A stretch of DNA of 64,000 nt from Steroidobacteraceae bacterium. Its GTDB lineage: Bacteria; Pseudomonadota; Gammaproteobacteria; Steroidobacterales; Steroidobacteraceae. Shown here one piece after another: positions 10,119 through 20,683 of the stretch (positions within the stretch are counted from its first letter, which is position 1; every line of letters begins with the position of its first letter). The translations under genes and the position numbers were made by a program. The DNA is taken from positions 28,189 through 92,188 of the forward strand of contig JANWJS010000028.1 in the NCBI GenBank assembly GCA_025451845.1, written 5' to 3'. The notes under the pieces are model-generated. The model saw only the letters and a program-made list of their open reading frames with translations. It did not search any database and had not been told where the DNA came from.

Positions 10119-11411
10119 TTACTTGAAGCGAGAAGTCGCCTCGACCACGTTGTTGCTCGGCGCTGCGCCGGCCTCGCCAGCACTGCCCCCGTTCGCATAC
10201 GTCTGCAGCAGCTCTTCGATGCGCCCGAAAACGACCCGCAGCGTGGCTGGATCCGGCAGAGTCGTCACCCGGAAATGATTGCGATAGGGGACGTTGAAGC
10301 TGACGCCGGGCGCCACGAGCACGTGCTTCTGCTCGAGGAGGTCGAGCGCGAACTTCTGATCGTCGAATGCGGGGAGCTCGCGCGTGTCGACGCCGACGAA
10401 GGCATACATGGCACCCTGGGGCGGCGCCAGCTGCAGAAAGCGGCTGCTGTCCGTCGCTCCCAGGATAGTCCGCCGCGATTCGAACAGTCGGCCGCCCGGG
10501 CTGACGAGATCCTTCACGCTCTGATACCCGCCGAGCGCCGTCTGCACCGCCCACTGCGAGAGCACGTTGCTGCACAAGCGCAGCGAGCTCAGCAGCTCGA
10601 GCGCGCTCAGGTAATCCCCGGCGAGGCGGGTCCGCCCCGAGAACACCGCCCAGCCCACCCGGTAGCCGCAGGCCCTGTAGACCTTCGAAAGTCCGGAGAG
10701 TGTCGCGCACAGCGTGTCGCGCACCAATGTCGCCATCGGGACGAACTCGGTGTCGTCGTACACCATCTGATCGTAGATCTCGTCGCTGAAGACGACGAGC
10801 CCGGTGCGCTCCGCGAGGCGCGCCAGCGCCTCGAGCACGGGCCGCGGGTAGACGGCACCGGTCGGGTTGTTGGGGTTGATGATGACGATGGCGCGCGTGC
10901 GCGGCGTCACGAGGCGAGCGACCTCCTCGGGATCCGGCACGAAGGCGTTTTCCGGCCGACAGGGGTAGTGCACCGCACGCCCGCCGTTCAGGGTGACTGC
11001 GGCCGTCCAGAGTGGATAGTCCGGACTCGGCACCAGCACCTCGTCGCCGCTGTTGAGGAGCGCACGCAGCACGAGGTCGATGAGCTCGCTCACGCCGTTG
11101 CCGATGAAGACCTCCTCGGCGGTGACACCGGTGACCCCCCTCGCCTGCTGCTGCATCACCACCGCCTCGCGGGCAGGAAAAATCCCCTTCTGGTGGCAGT
11201 AGCCCTCGGCCTCCGCGAGATTTTCGATCATGGCGAGGCGCATGGTCTCCGGGGTACGGAAGCCAAACGCCTTCGGGTTGCCGATGTTCAGGGAGACGAT
11301 CTCGTAGCCTTGCCGCTCGAGCTCGTGCGCGCGCCGCGCCAGGCGGCCGCGAATCTCATAGCGGACGTTGCGCAGGCTGTCACTCGGACGGATGCTGGTC
11401 TCGGGCTTCAT
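10119..11411 (-). CDS. alaA: Glutamate-pyruvate (alanine) aminotransferase, class I PLP enzyme
   Basis: Near-colinear similarity to E. coli AlaA/YfbQ as I recall it (VRYEIRG..., LNIGNP..FGF, GNGVSELI, SPDYPLWTAAV, INPNNPTGAVY, SKVYRACGYRVGW). Its start overlaps the upstream ABC ATPase stop by 4 nt. Confidence 0.85.
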   Translation of the reverse strand: MKPETSIRPSDSLRNVRYEIRGRLARRAHELERQGYEIVSLNIGNPKAFGFRTPETMRLAMIENLAEAEGYCHQKGIFPAREAVVMQQQARGVTGVTAEEVFIGNGVSELIDLVLRALLNSGDEVLVPSPDYPLWTAAVTLNGGRAVHYPCRPENAFVPDPEEVARLVTPRTRAIVIINPNNPTGAVYPRPVLEALARLAERTGLVVFSDEIYDQMVYDDTEFVPMATLVRDTLCATLSGLSKVYRACGYRVGWAVFSGRTRLAGDYLSALELLSSLRLCSNVLSQWAVQTALGGYQSVKDLVSPGGRLFESRRTILGATDSSRFLQLAPPQGAMYAFVGVDTRELPAFDDQKFALDLLEQKHVLVAPGVSFNVPYRNHFRVTTLPDPATLRVVFGRIEELLQTYANGGSAGEAGAAPSNNVVEATSRFK

Positions 11412-13312
11412 AGGCGGTCAAGGATACCATCGGCGAGCTGCCGGAAGCGGTGACACGCCACCCACCTGCCGCCGGGCGCGGCCTCCCAGGTGGGCGTCCG
11501 CGCGGTGCATTCTGCAATTGCGTATCGGCACCGCGCCCGAAAAGAGCATCCGCAGGATGCTCCTTCCTCCGCCTGCGCCTCCGGTGCCTGCGCCAGCTTC
11601 GCCAGCGCCAGCCTGCGCGGCTGCACGTCTGGGTCCACCACCGGCACTGCGTCCAGCAACTCCCGGGTGTAGGGATGCAGGGGCTGTGAGAAGAGCGCTT
11701 GGGAGTCGGCGTGCTCCATCATGCGCCCGCGGTAAAGCACGAGGACCCGATCGCAGAGCCGCCGCACGACGGCGAGATTGTGGCTCACGAGCAGAATCGA
11801 CATGCGATGCTCCCTCTTCAGGCTCGCGAGCAGGTCGAGGATCTGCGCCTGCACGGAGACATCGAGCGCGCTCACCGGCTCATCGCAGACGAGGAGCCGC
11901 GGCCCGAGGATCATGGCGCGTGCGATGCCCACCCGCTGGCATTGGCCGCCGGAGAGCTCGTGCGGGTAACGGCTCACCGTCTCCTGACCCAAACCGACAC
12001 GCGCCAGCATCTCGGCAACCCGGCGCTGCCGTGCGCCGGCATCGAGCCCCGGCTCGTGGATCTGCAGCGGCTCGGCCACGATCCGGCCGATCGTCAGGCG
12101 CGGGTCGAGGCTCGCCAGCGGATCCTGGAAGACGATCTGCAAGTCGCGGCGCAGCCGCTTGAGCTCGCCTGCCGGCACGGCCGCGAGATCGTGGCCCATC
12201 CAGGTCACGCGCCCGGCGCGTGGCCGGATGAGCTGCAGCGCTGCCCGCACCAGCGTCGACTTGCCGGATCCGGACTCCCCGACCACGCCTAGAGCCTCTC
12301 CGGGACGCAGCTCCAGGCTGACATCGTGCAGTGCGTGGAGCACGCGCGCGTCACCCCGCACCGAGAACCGCGCCGGGTAATGCACCGCGAGCCCGGAGAT
12401 GTCGAGCGCAGGCTGCGCAGCGACAACTGACTCTGCAACGGTAGCGGCAGCGGCTGCGGGTTGCGGCGGCGCAGCCGCCTCGAGCGTGAGCACCTGTTGC
12501 AGGAGCGCCCGGGTGTATTCGTGTCGCGGCGTCTTGAGCACGGCGGCCGCGCTATCCCACTCCACGATGCGCCCGGACTGCATGACGGCGACCCGGTCCG
12601 CGACCCCCGCCACGGCACCGAAGTCATGTGTGATCAACACCATCGCCATGGCGCTCTCGCGCTTCAACTCCACGAGCAGCCCGAGAATCTGAGCCTGGAT
12701 GGTCACGTCGAGTGCCGTCGTCGGCTCGTCGGCAATCAGCAATTCGGGCGCGCACGCGAGCGCAATCGCGATCATCACCCTCTGGCGCATGCCGCCGGAG
12801 AGCTCGTGCGGATACTGACGCATCCGCCGTACAGCATCCGGCACGTGAACACGGTCGAGCAGCGCGAGCGCCTGGCATCGCGCCTGCCCCCAGCTCGCGC
12901 CACAGTGCGCGACGATGGGCTCGGCGATCTGCTCCCCGACACGCAGGTGCGGCGTGAGCGAGGTCATCGGATCCTGGAAAACCAAGCCGATCCGCGCGCC
13001 GCGGATGCGATCGAGCTCGCGTTGCGGGCGGCCGAGGAGCGACTCGCTGCCGAGGCTGGCGCTGCCCGTTACGCGGGCGGTGGCGGGCAGGAGGCCCACG
13101 GTCGCCAGGAAGAGCTGCGTCTTGCCCGCGCCGGACTCGCCGACCACGCCGAGGCACTCGCCGCGCGCAACGGTGAGCGAGACCTCCCGTACGGCGGGGA
13201 CCTCGCCGTGCGCCGTGACAAAGGTCACGCCCAGTTCCGCGATCCGCAGCACCGCGCCGGCGGCCGCCTCCTCAATGCGTGGCTGGATCGAGGGCATCAC
13301 GCAGACCGTCAC
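11408..13312 (-). CDS. Peptide-type ABC transporter, fused double ATP-binding protein (YejF/GsiA-like)
   Basis: Two Walker A sites (GESGAGKT and GESGSGKS), two LSGGxxQR signatures, and an OppD/F-type Cys-rich C-terminal tail (...[16 protein letters not shown]...). The start is ambiguous (13312 or 13297). Confidence 0.85.
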   Translation of the reverse strand: MTVCVMPSIQPRIEEAAAGAVLRIAELGVTFVTAHGEVPAVREVSLTVARGECLGVVGESGAGKTQLFLATVGLLPATARVTGSASLGSESLLGRPQRELDRIRGARIGLVFQDPMTSLTPHLRVGEQIAEPIVAHCGASWGQARCQALALLDRVHVPDAVRRMRQYPHELSGGMRQRVMIAIALACAPELLIADEPTTALDVTIQAQILGLLVELKRESAMAMVLITHDFGAVAGVADRVAVMQSGRIVEWDSAAAVLKTPRHEYTRALLQQVLTLEAAAPPQPAAAAATVAESVVAAQPALDISGLAVHYPARFSVRGDARVLHALHDVSLELRPGEALGVVGESGSGKSTLVRAALQLIRPRAGRVTWMGHDLAAVPAGELKRLRRDLQIVFQDPLASLDPRLTIGRIVAEPLQIHEPGLDAGARQRRVAEMLARVGLGQETVSRYPHELSGGQCQRVGIARAMILGPRLLVCDEPVSALDVSVQAQILDLLASLKREHRMSILLVSHNLAVVRRLCDRVLVLYRGRMMEHADSQALFSQPLHPYTRELLDAVPVVDPDVQPRRLALAKLAQAPEAQAEEGASCGCSFRARCRYAIAECTARTPTWEAAPGGRWVACHRFRQLADGILDRL

Positions 13313-14207
13313 CGAGAAGGTTGAAGCAGAGAAGCAACGCGAAGAGGATCCCCGCGGGCGCCAGCAACATCCAGGGCGCCGTCAGCATCTGGCGCGCGCC
13401 GTCGTTGATCAGGCTCCCCAGGCTCGCCTGCGGCTCCTGCACGCCGAGGCCGAGAAAGCTGAGGAAGCTTTCGTACGTGATCAGCTCCGGGATGGTGAGT
13501 GTGGCATACACGGCGACCGTACCGGCGAGGTTGGGCACGATGTGCCGCAGCAGGATCGCCCGCGTGCCCAGCCCCGTCGCGCGCGCCGCCTCGATGAATT
13601 CGCGCCGCTTCAGCGACAGCGTCTGCCCGCGTACGACCCGCGCCATGGTGAGCCAGCCCACCGCGCCAATGGCCACCAGCAACATCGCGACCCTGCCGCG
13701 CCCAAACACCGTGGCCAGAATGATGACGACAAAGAGGTACGGCAGCGCATATAACACATCCACTGTCCGCATCATCCACGAATCGGTTCGACCGCCGACA
13801 TACCCTGCGATCGTGCCCCACGCGACGCCGATTCCAACGCTCACCGCGCTGGCGAGCACGCCGATGAGCAACGACAGGCGCAGTCCATAGAGCGTGCGGA
13901 CGTAAAGATCGCGCCCCAGCGGATCAGTGCCGAGCCAATGGGCGGCGGTGAGGCCCGGCGCGGCGGCAAGATGCTGCCAGTCGAGCGCGTCGTAGGAATA
14001 GGGACTCAGCCACGGCCCGAGGATCGCCAGCAGCGCCAGCGCGGCTATCACCGCCGCTGCGGCCACTGCGGTCCGGTTGCCCCGAAGACCAGGCACTGGC
14101 ACTGTGCCGCGCCGCAGGTGGCGGAGCCGCGAGCGAAAACCACGCTTTTCGCTCGCGTCGCTCTGGGCTGCGCAGGATGCCCGGCTCCAGCGCTTCATAC
14201 TACTCAT
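13272..14207 (-). CDS. Peptide-type ABC transporter permease (OppC/YejE-like)
   Basis: Multi-TM protein with the ...HWLGTDPLGRDL... motif typical of OppC/DppC-family permeases. Overlaps both neighbouring genes. Confidence 0.8.
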   Translation of the reverse strand: MSSMKRWSRASCAAQSDASEKRGFRSRLRHLRRGTVPVPGLRGNRTAVAAAAVIAALALLAILGPWLSPYSYDALDWQHLAAAPGLTAAHWLGTDPLGRDLYVRTLYGLRLSLLIGVLASAVSVGIGVAWGTIAGYVGGRTDSWMMRTVDVLYALPYLFVVIILATVFGRGRVAMLLVAIGAVGWLTMARVVRGQTLSLKRREFIEAARATGLGTRAILLRHIVPNLAGTVAVYATLTIPELITYESFLSFLGLGVQEPQASLGSLINDGARQMLTAPWMLLAPAGILFALLLCFNLLGDGLRDALDPATH

Positions 14208-15126
14208 GCCGCACCCGCGGATCGAGCCATCCGTACGCGAGGTCCGCGGCGAGGTTGAGGAGCAGCGTTAGCGCGCCGTAGAGAACGATCATGCCCATGA
14301 CGAGGGTGTAGTCGCGATCGAGCGCCCCCTGCACCAGGTACTTCCCCGTACCGGGCAGCGCAAAGACCGTCTCGACCACCAGCGATCCCGTAAAGACATA
14401 CGTCGCCGCCGGCCCGAGATAACTCACGACGGGAAGCAGGGACGGGCGCAGCGCGTGCCGCAACAACACGCGCCATGGACCCAGCCCCCGGGCCCGCGCC
14501 GTGCGCACGAAGCTCGCGCTCAGCGTCTCGAGCAGACTTCCCCGCATCATTCGCGCGATCGCAGCGCACACCGGCAGAGCGAGCGTGCCCGCCGGCAGGA
14601 TGAGATAGATCGGGTCGCCCTGCTGCCAGCCGGCCACCGGCAGCCAGCGCAGTGCCAGCCCGAAGAGCAGCGCGAGCAGCGGACCGGTGACGAAGGTGGG
14701 CAGCGCGATGGCCAGTGTGGCGAGTCCGGTGACGAGGTAATCGACGGCCCCTCCGCGCCGCAGAGCCGCGAAGATGCCGAGCGGCACCCCGCACAGCGTC
14801 GCGAGCACGAGCGCAGCGAAGCCGACCGTCACGCTGACAGGCAGTCCCTGTGCGATGAGCCCCGCGACGCTCTCGTCGCGTAGTTTGTACGAGAGGCCGA
14901 GATCGCCGTGCGCGAGGCCGCGCAGATAATGCAGGTACTGCACACCGAGCGGCTGGTCGAGGCCGTAGAGATGATCCAGGTTGGCACGTACCTGCGGTGT
15001 CAGGGCGCGCTCCTGGGCGAAGGGCCCCCCGGGGGCCAGACGGATGACGAAGAACGAGAGCGTGACGAGAATCAGCAAGGTCGGGACGGTTCCGGCAATG
15101 CGGCGGACCGTATACCCAAGCATCAT
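14200..15126 (-). CDS. Peptide-type ABC transporter permease (OppB/YejB-like)
   Basis: N-terminus MMLGYTVRRIAGTVPTLLILVTLSFFVIRLAPGGP is the classical OppB/DppB start. First gene of the minus-strand block. Confidence 0.8.
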   Translation of the reverse strand: MMLGYTVRRIAGTVPTLLILVTLSFFVIRLAPGGPFAQERALTPQVRANLDHLYGLDQPLGVQYLHYLRGLAHGDLGLSYKLRDESVAGLIAQGLPVSVTVGFAALVLATLCGVPLGIFAALRRGGAVDYLVTGLATLAIALPTFVTGPLLALLFGLALRWLPVAGWQQGDPIYLILPAGTLALPVCAAIARMMRGSLLETLSASFVRTARARGLGPWRVLLRHALRPSLLPVVSYLGPAATYVFTGSLVVETVFALPGTGKYLVQGALDRDYTLVMGMIVLYGALTLLLNLAADLAYGWLDPRVRHE

Positions 15127-15202
15127 GTGACCCCTAAGACCTGCCCGAAGCGCATGATAATATCGCGGGATAATAGATTAACCTGCATCCTTGGTTCGAG
15201 AT

Positions 15203-15952
15203 ATGAAACGGATCCTGGTCGGCATCAAGCGAGTGGTGGACTACAACGTGCGCATCCGCGTCAAACCGGATGGCAGCGGCGTGATCACGGAAGGGGTGAA
15301 GATGAGCGTCAACCCCTTCGATGAGATCGCGCTCGAAGAGGCGTTGCGCATCAAGGAGCGCGGCGCAGCCGAGGAAGTCATCGTCGCGACCATTGGGCCC
15401 GCCGATTGCCAGCAGCAACTGCGGACCTGCCTCGCAATGGGCGCCGACCGCGCGCTGCACGTGCAGGCCGATGGTATCATCGAGCCGCTCGTCGCCGCCC
15501 GCGCGCTGCTGAAGCTCACGGAGAAGGAGCAGCCGTTCCTCGTCATCCTCGGCAAGCAGGCAATCGACGATGACAACAGCCAGACCGGCCAGATGCTCGC
15601 GGCCCTGTGGCAACGGCCGCAGGCGACCTTCGCCTCGAAAGTGGAGCTCGATGGCGACAAGGCGCGTGTGACCCGGGAGGTCGATGCGGGTCTCGAGACC
15701 CTCGAGATCGATCTGCCGGCGGTGATCACGACGGACCTGCGCCTCAACGAGCCCCGTTACGTGAAGCTGCCGGATATCATGAAAGCGAAGAAGAAGCCGC
15801 TCGAGACGCTGACGCTCGCCGCGCTGGGCGTGGAACAGCGCCAGCGCCTGAAGCTCACACGCTTCGAGCCGCCGGCACAACGCCAGAAAGGCGTCAAAGT
15901 GAAGGATGCCGCCGAGCTGGTCGCTACGCTGAAGAGCAAAGGCGTGCTGTAA
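15203..15952 (+). CDS. etfB: Electron transfer flavoprotein beta subunit
   Basis: MKRILVGIKRVVDYNVRIRVKPDG... is the canonical EtfB N-terminus. ATG 15203 is preferred over the track TTG at 15191. Confidence 0.9.
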   Translation: MKRILVGIKRVVDYNVRIRVKPDGSGVITEGVKMSVNPFDEIALEEALRIKERGAAEEVIVATIGPADCQQQLRTCLAMGADRALHVQADGIIEPLVAARALLKLTEKEQPFLVILGKQAIDDDNSQTGQMLAALWQRPQATFASKVELDGDKARVTREVDAGLETLEIDLPAVITTDLRLNEPRYVKLPDIMKAKKKPLETLTLAALGVEQRQRLKLTRFEPPAQRQKGVKVKDAAELVATLKSKGVL

Positions 15953-16068
15953 GTGAGAATCGTACCGCACTTGACGAAGCGAGCCAGGGCCGTTCCCTGG
16001 CTCGCCGGACCCATTGAGTCACCGGGAGACTGGTGAAGCGCCGCCGGGCGACTGTCACCCCATCAACT

Positions 16069-17016
16069 ATGAGCAATCGCATTCTCATCGTCTCCGAACA
16101 CGACGGCGGGCGGCTCAATCCCAGCACTGCCAAGTGCGTCACCTGTGCGGCGGGTATCCCGGACGCGGAGATCACCATTGCGGTGTGCGCTGCCAATGCA
16201 AGTGCTGTCGCCTCTCAGGCGGCTGCCCTCCAGGGCGTAGCGCGTGTGCTCACAATCGACCACCCGGTCAACGCTCACCTGCTGGCCGCGGCGGTGGCAC
16301 CGCAGATCGCGGCACTGGCGGGTTCCTTCAGCCATGTGTTGGGTCCCTCGACCACCTTCGGCAAGGACGTGATGCCGCGCATCGCAGCTCTGCTCGATAC
16401 CGCGCAAATCAGCGACATCATGGCGGTAGAGGGCGCGACCCGCTTCCGCCGCCCGATCTACGCCGGCAACGCCATCGTGACCGTCGAGGTGGAAGCAGGC
16501 GCGAAGGTTGTCGGCACGGTGCGCACGGCCTCTTTCCAGCCCGCTGCGACGGGCGGCGCGGCAGCGATCGAGCCGGCCGCAGCCGCCACGGAAATCCCTA
16601 CCCATACCCGATTCGTGTCGGTTTCCGCCGCCAAGAGCGACCGGCCGGACCTGCAGACCGCCGCGCGGGTGGTCTCGGGCGGACGCGCTCTCGGCAGCGC
16701 CGAGGCCTTCCAGAAGACTCTCTACCCGCTGGCCGACAAGCTCGGCGCGGCCGTGGGTGCCTCCCGCGCCGCGGTGGACGCCGGCTATGCCCCCAACGAG
16801 CTGCAGGTGGGCCAGACGGGTAAGATCATCGCCCCGGAGCTCTACGTCGCCATAGGTATTTCAGGCGCAATCCAGCACCTGACCGGCATCAAGGACGCGC
16901 GCACCATCGTGGCGATCAACAAAGATTCCGAGGCGCCCATCTTCGAGGTTGCCGATGTCGGTCTCGTAGGCGATCTCTTCCAGATCATCCCTGAGCTGGA
17001 ACGGCTCCTCTCCTAG
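16069..17016 (+). CDS. etfA: Electron transfer flavoprotein alpha subunit
   Basis: [14 protein letters not shown]... start and a C-terminal FAD-binding region (...[30 protein letters not shown]...). ATG 16069 is preferred over the track start at 16033. Confidence 0.9.
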   Translation: MSNRILIVSEHDGGRLNPSTAKCVTCAAGIPDAEITIAVCAANASAVASQAAALQGVARVLTIDHPVNAHLLAAAVAPQIAALAGSFSHVLGPSTTFGKDVMPRIAALLDTAQISDIMAVEGATRFRRPIYAGNAIVTVEVEAGAKVVGTVRTASFQPAATGGAAAIEPAAAATEIPTHTRFVSVSAAKSDRPDLQTAARVVSGGRALGSAEAFQKTLYPLADKLGAAVGASRAAVDAGYAPNELQVGQTGKIIAPELYVAIGISGAIQHLTGIKDARTIVAINKDSEAPIFEVADVGLVGDLFQIIPELERLLS

Positions 17017-17045
17017 CCGCCCTCAGAGATCCCAGGGAGTTGGAT

Positions 17046-18263
17046 TTACGGGTTGGCGAGCCACTGGAGATAGCGCTCGGCGGCGCCACAGTACCAATCC
17101 GCGAAGCGCAGCACCAGCTGCTCGCTGGTCTGCGAGTAGGGTCCCGGCATATAGGCGAGCGATTCGACGCCACGCTGATTGTTTTCCGACAATGCGCGAT
17201 CCTGATCGTTGGTCGCGGCCCAGACCTGGGTGAGTGCCGCCAGATCGTAGTCGACGCCCTCCACCGCATCCTCATGAACGATCCACGTTCCGGTGACCGT
17301 GGTCTCCATCGGTCCGGTCGGCAGCGCCTGGAAGAAGAAGCCGTAGTCGCCCGTGACGTGGTTGAATCCGTTCGGCTGCACTGCCCACCACATGACGCCG
17401 ACATCGCCATCGCCGAGGCGGCCGAGCCGCTTCGCGACCGCCGGCCGGCCATCCATGGTGTAGGACAACGCGCCTTCGTTCAGCGGAAACCGTTCGAGCT
17501 CGTACCACGGGCCGATGACCGAACCGGTCTTCAGGCTTCTGGCCTCACAACGCCCCTCGAAGGCGGCAATCCACTCCTCGGTCCGACCCGAGACATCCGA
17601 CGCGGTGAAATCGCTGAAGGAGCGCATGAGCTCCGGATGTCCCGCACGGCAGTGGTAGCATTCGCGAGCGTTCTCCATGACGAGCTTCCAATCGGCCCGC
17701 TCGATCAAGGTAACCGTATGAGCCACTTTGGCGTGAATCAGCTCATGGGGCTCGAGCATGGGCTCGAGGGCCGCACGGAACGGCGCAAAGTCCGGCGCAT
17801 GCTCGGCGAGGCAGACGAATATCAACCCCGCCACGGTCTCGACCCGCACCGGAGCCAGGCGGATACCCGCGCGCTCGAACCCGGGGTGCATGCGGGGTGC
17901 CTGCGCAAGATGTCCCTGAAGATCGTAGGACCAATGATGGTAGGGGCACACTAGACGGCGCCCCATGCGTCCGGTCTTCTCTCGGCAAATGCGCGCGCCG
18001 CGATGGCGGCAAGTATTGAAGAACGCGCCAATCCCGCCGTCTTCGTTGCGCAGAACGATGACGGAAGTGCCGCCGATCTCGAAGGTGAGGTAATCCCCCG
18101 ACCGGGGGATCTGCGCAAGCAGCCCGGCCTGCAGCCAGTGCCGCTCGAAAATGGCGCGACGATCGAACTCGTGCACCTCGGGGTCCAGGTAAAGGCCCTG
18201 AGGAAGCGAGAACCCCCGCCGCCGCTGGGCGAGCAGCTTCCCCATCTTCTCCGCGATCGACAT
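17046..18263 (-). CDS. Rieske [2Fe-2S] ring-hydroxylating-type oxygenase alpha subunit
   Basis: Rieske motif CRHRGARIC...CPYHHWSY, followed by a C-terminal catalytic domain. The substrate cannot be inferred. Confidence 0.75.
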   Translation of the reverse strand: MSIAEKMGKLLAQRRRGFSLPQGLYLDPEVHEFDRRAIFERHWLQAGLLAQIPRSGDYLTFEIGGTSVIVLRNEDGGIGAFFNTCRHRGARICREKTGRMGRRLVCPYHHWSYDLQGHLAQAPRMHPGFERAGIRLAPVRVETVAGLIFVCLAEHAPDFAPFRAALEPMLEPHELIHAKVAHTVTLIERADWKLVMENARECYHCRAGHPELMRSFSDFTASDVSGRTEEWIAAFEGRCEARSLKTGSVIGPWYELERFPLNEGALSYTMDGRPAVAKRLGRLGDGDVGVMWWAVQPNGFNHVTGDYGFFFQALPTGPMETTVTGTWIVHEDAVEGVDYDLAALTQVWAATNDQDRALSENNQRGVESLAYMPGPYSQTSEQLVLRFADWYCGAAERYLQWLANP

Positions 18264-18446
18264 GGCTCACCCCTCGCCGAATCTCGCTGCAGAACGCGAT
18301 TGCCAGGAGTTCGGGGTGTTAGGTTCGGTCAAATAACCTGACGTCAGAAAGCAAGTCATCCGCGAGCCAGGCAGACTCCCTGGCCCGCGGGATGAATTGC
18401 GTACGACGGCTGGCTGCGAAAATCGCCGGGAGCGACTTTCGCCAAT

Positions 18447-18929
18447 CTACAATTGGCCGAGAACGTGCTCGGCGGCGGAAACCTTGAACTGGCCCGGCTC
18501 CTCGACGTTTAGGCTTTTCAGCACCCCGCTGTCGACGATCAGCGCGAAGCGCTGACCGCGCGTACCCATGCCGAACTTGTGGGCATCCAGCTCCAGGCCA
18601 AGGGCCTTGGCGTATTCGCCGTTGCCGTCCGCCAGCATCATCACCTTGTCGCCGACGCTGGACGACTTGCCCCACGCGTTCATCACGAACACGTCGTTCA
18701 CCGCCATGCAGGCTATGGTGTCGACACCTTTGGCGCGGAGCTGATCGGCGAGCTGCACGAAGCCCGGCAGGTGCTTGGCGTCACAGGTCGGCGTAAACGC
18801 GCCCGGTACGGAGAACAACACGACCTTCTTGCCCTTGAACAAGTCGTCAGTCGAGACGTCCTTGGGGCCGTCCTTCGTCATCACTTTGAGCGTGCCCGCA
18901 GGCATACGCTCGCCCACCTTGATCGCCAT
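18447..18929 (-). CDS. Peroxiredoxin, Prx5 subfamily
   Basis: MAIKVGERMP...VVLFSVPGAFTPTCDAKHLPGF... contains the peroxidatic-Cys motif. ATG 18929 is preferred over the track start at 18986. Confidence 0.85.
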   Translation of the reverse strand: MAIKVGERMPAGTLKVMTKDGPKDVSTDDLFKGKKVVLFSVPGAFTPTCDAKHLPGFVQLADQLRAKGVDTIACMAVNDVFVMNAWGKSSSVGDKVMMLADGNGEYAKALGLELDAHKFGMGTRGQRFALIVDSGVLKSLNVEEPGQFKVSAAEHVLGQL

Positions 18930-18958
18930 GAGTTTCTCTCCTGCGCTTGATTCCGATC

Positions 18959-20215
18959 TCAGGCCTGACGCGCGCGCAAGCTCCAAAGGGCCGCCAGGCG
19001 CTCGAGCGTCGAGTCGCCCTTGACGGACTTGAAGGACTGTAGCGCGGAGCTCTTGTCGCCCGACTTCAGCTGGGCGATGCCGAGCAGCAGATGCGCCGCA
19101 GAGGGGTCCTTCAAATTACCCTTGGCGATGCCCTGCTTCAGGGCCTGGATGGCCTTGTCGTATTGCTGGTAGCCGAAGTAAGCGAGCCCGAGGCCGACGC
19201 TCTGCTGGCCGGTGTTCGCCCGCGCGGCTTCCTGCGCGCTCTTGCCCAGCGTCTGCTGATCTCGCTTGGCCGCCCGCTGGGCGTCGACGAGCAGCCGCTG
19301 CGCCTTACCCTTGGTGCGCGCGTCGGGGAAGATGTTCTCCTGGATCCCCTTCTGGATCACCTGCTGCGCCTCGCCAGGGGAGCCGGCCTCGATCGCCAGC
19401 TGCGCGAAGTCCGTGAAGTCCTCCGGGCGCTTCAGTACGTCGACCTCGGAAGCCAAGCGGTAAGTCTGCAGGAGGTTCTTGTCGCTTTTGACCGTCTTGA
19501 ACATGCCGTAGAGAAGCTGCTGCCAGTACTCCGGCTTCGGGTGATAGATGACGAGCTGCTGCAGCGCATTGTTGGCGCAGGCATCATCACCGCTCGGGTT
19601 CAGCTTGAGGCATGCGCTCAGGAGCAGCTGCAACGACTCGTTGCTCGGTTGCACGCCCTTCTTCTCGTCCAGGGCGATCTGCGACTTCTCGAAGCGCTCC
19701 ACACCCTTCCAGTCGTTCTTCAGATAGTAGGCTTGGCCGACGAGCGTCGGCATCTGCGCGTCCGCCCAGCCCTTGTCGATCGCCTCGGTACCGTACCGGA
19801 TGGCTTTGTCGTAGTTCTTGAGCTGGTAATAGAGCTGCGCGACGGCGACCGTGCGCTGCGGCAGCTGCGCGGGATCGGTGAATCCGTCCGTCACCGTCGG
19901 CTCGAGCGCCCTGGCCGCCCCCGCGTAATCGTGGGTATGCGAGTACGCGTACCCTTCCAGCTCGTGGATGACGTGCTCTTCGTACCCGGTCTTCTTGTTG
20001 ATCGCGTCGGCCTCGCTCAGCTTCTCGAGCGCGCCCTTGTAGTCGCCCTTCTTGAGGTCCGCCTGCGCGGCCTGCAGCGGCTTGCCGACCTCGCGGCTGA
20101 CGGTATGCGCAGGCGCCGTGGCGGCCAGTGCCGGGGCGACCCCGGCGAGACCCGCGCAGCACACCACCGCGGCGCCGAGGGCGATCGCCGCAACCAGGTT
20201 ACCTTTGACCTTCAT
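18959..20215 (-). CDS. Secreted TPR-repeat protein, last gene of the TonB cluster
   Basis: ATG 20215 gives the signal peptide MKVKGNLVAAIALGAAVVCCAGLAGVAPALA. Repeated helical Y/A/L patterns are TPR-like. The track ORF extension to 20632 overlaps exbD and is rejected. Confidence 0.65.
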   Translation of the reverse strand: MKVKGNLVAAIALGAAVVCCAGLAGVAPALAATAPAHTVSREVGKPLQAAQADLKKGDYKGALEKLSEADAINKKTGYEEHVIHELEGYAYSHTHDYAGAARALEPTVTDGFTDPAQLPQRTVAVAQLYYQLKNYDKAIRYGTEAIDKGWADAQMPTLVGQAYYLKNDWKGVERFEKSQIALDEKKGVQPSNESLQLLLSACLKLNPSGDDACANNALQQLVIYHPKPEYWQQLLYGMFKTVKSDKNLLQTYRLASEVDVLKRPEDFTDFAQLAIEAGSPGEAQQVIQKGIQENIFPDARTKGKAQRLLVDAQRAAKRDQQTLGKSAQEAARANTGQQSVGLGLAYFGYQQYDKAIQALKQGIAKGNLKDPSAAHLLLGIAQLKSGDKSSALQSFKSVKGDSTLERLAALWSLRARQA

Positions 20216-20250
20216 GACATCGTCTCGCATGGGGTGATTCACTGATCTCG

Positions 20251-20670
20251 CTATTCGGCGAATTCGGAGGCATTGGAGAACCCGATCTTGGTCATGCGGT
20301 TGCGCTGGGCCGCCGCGAGAACCTTGGCGACCACGTCGTACTTGGCCATGCCATCGGGGTTCAGGTGGATTTCCGGCTGCGGGTCCTTTACCGACTCGGT
20401 GGCGAAATAGCCGTCGAGCTGCTGCAGGGTCACCGGCGTGCCGTTCCAGACGACCGTGCCGTCGAAGTCGATTTCGAGGTCGATCACTTCCGGTTGCACG
20501 GTGACCGGCGGCGGATTCTGATTCTGCGGCAGGTCGAGCTTCACCGCGTGCGTCATGACCGGTAGGGTGATGATGAGAGTCACCAGCAACACCAGCAGGA
20601 CGTCGATGAGCGGCGTCGTGTTGATGTCGCACATCGGGCCCGAGCTCGAGCCCCCGATTTGCATGGACAT
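20251..20670 (-). CDS. exbD: Biopolymer transport protein ExbD/TolR (second copy)
   Basis: ...DINTTPLIDVLLVLLVTLIITLP... is the ExbD signature TM region. 139 aa. Confidence 0.85.
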   Translation of the reverse strand: MSMQIGGSSSGPMCDINTTPLIDVLLVLLVTLIITLPVMTHAVKLDLPQNQNPPPVTVQPEVIDLEIDFDGTVVWNGTPVTLQQLDGYFATESVKDPQPEIHLNPDGMAKYDVVAKVLAAAQRNRMTKIGFSNASEFAE

Positions 20671-20683
20671 GCTTCAGAACTCC

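Noticed and set aside
10068-11453. 461-aa plus-strand ORF.
   Set aside because: It is antisense to alaA, which aligns along its whole length with AlaA-type aminotransferases.
20216-20632. N-terminal extension of the TPR protein ORF.
   Set aside because: It overlaps the exbD coding sequence in another frame. A good signal peptide begins at ATG 20215.
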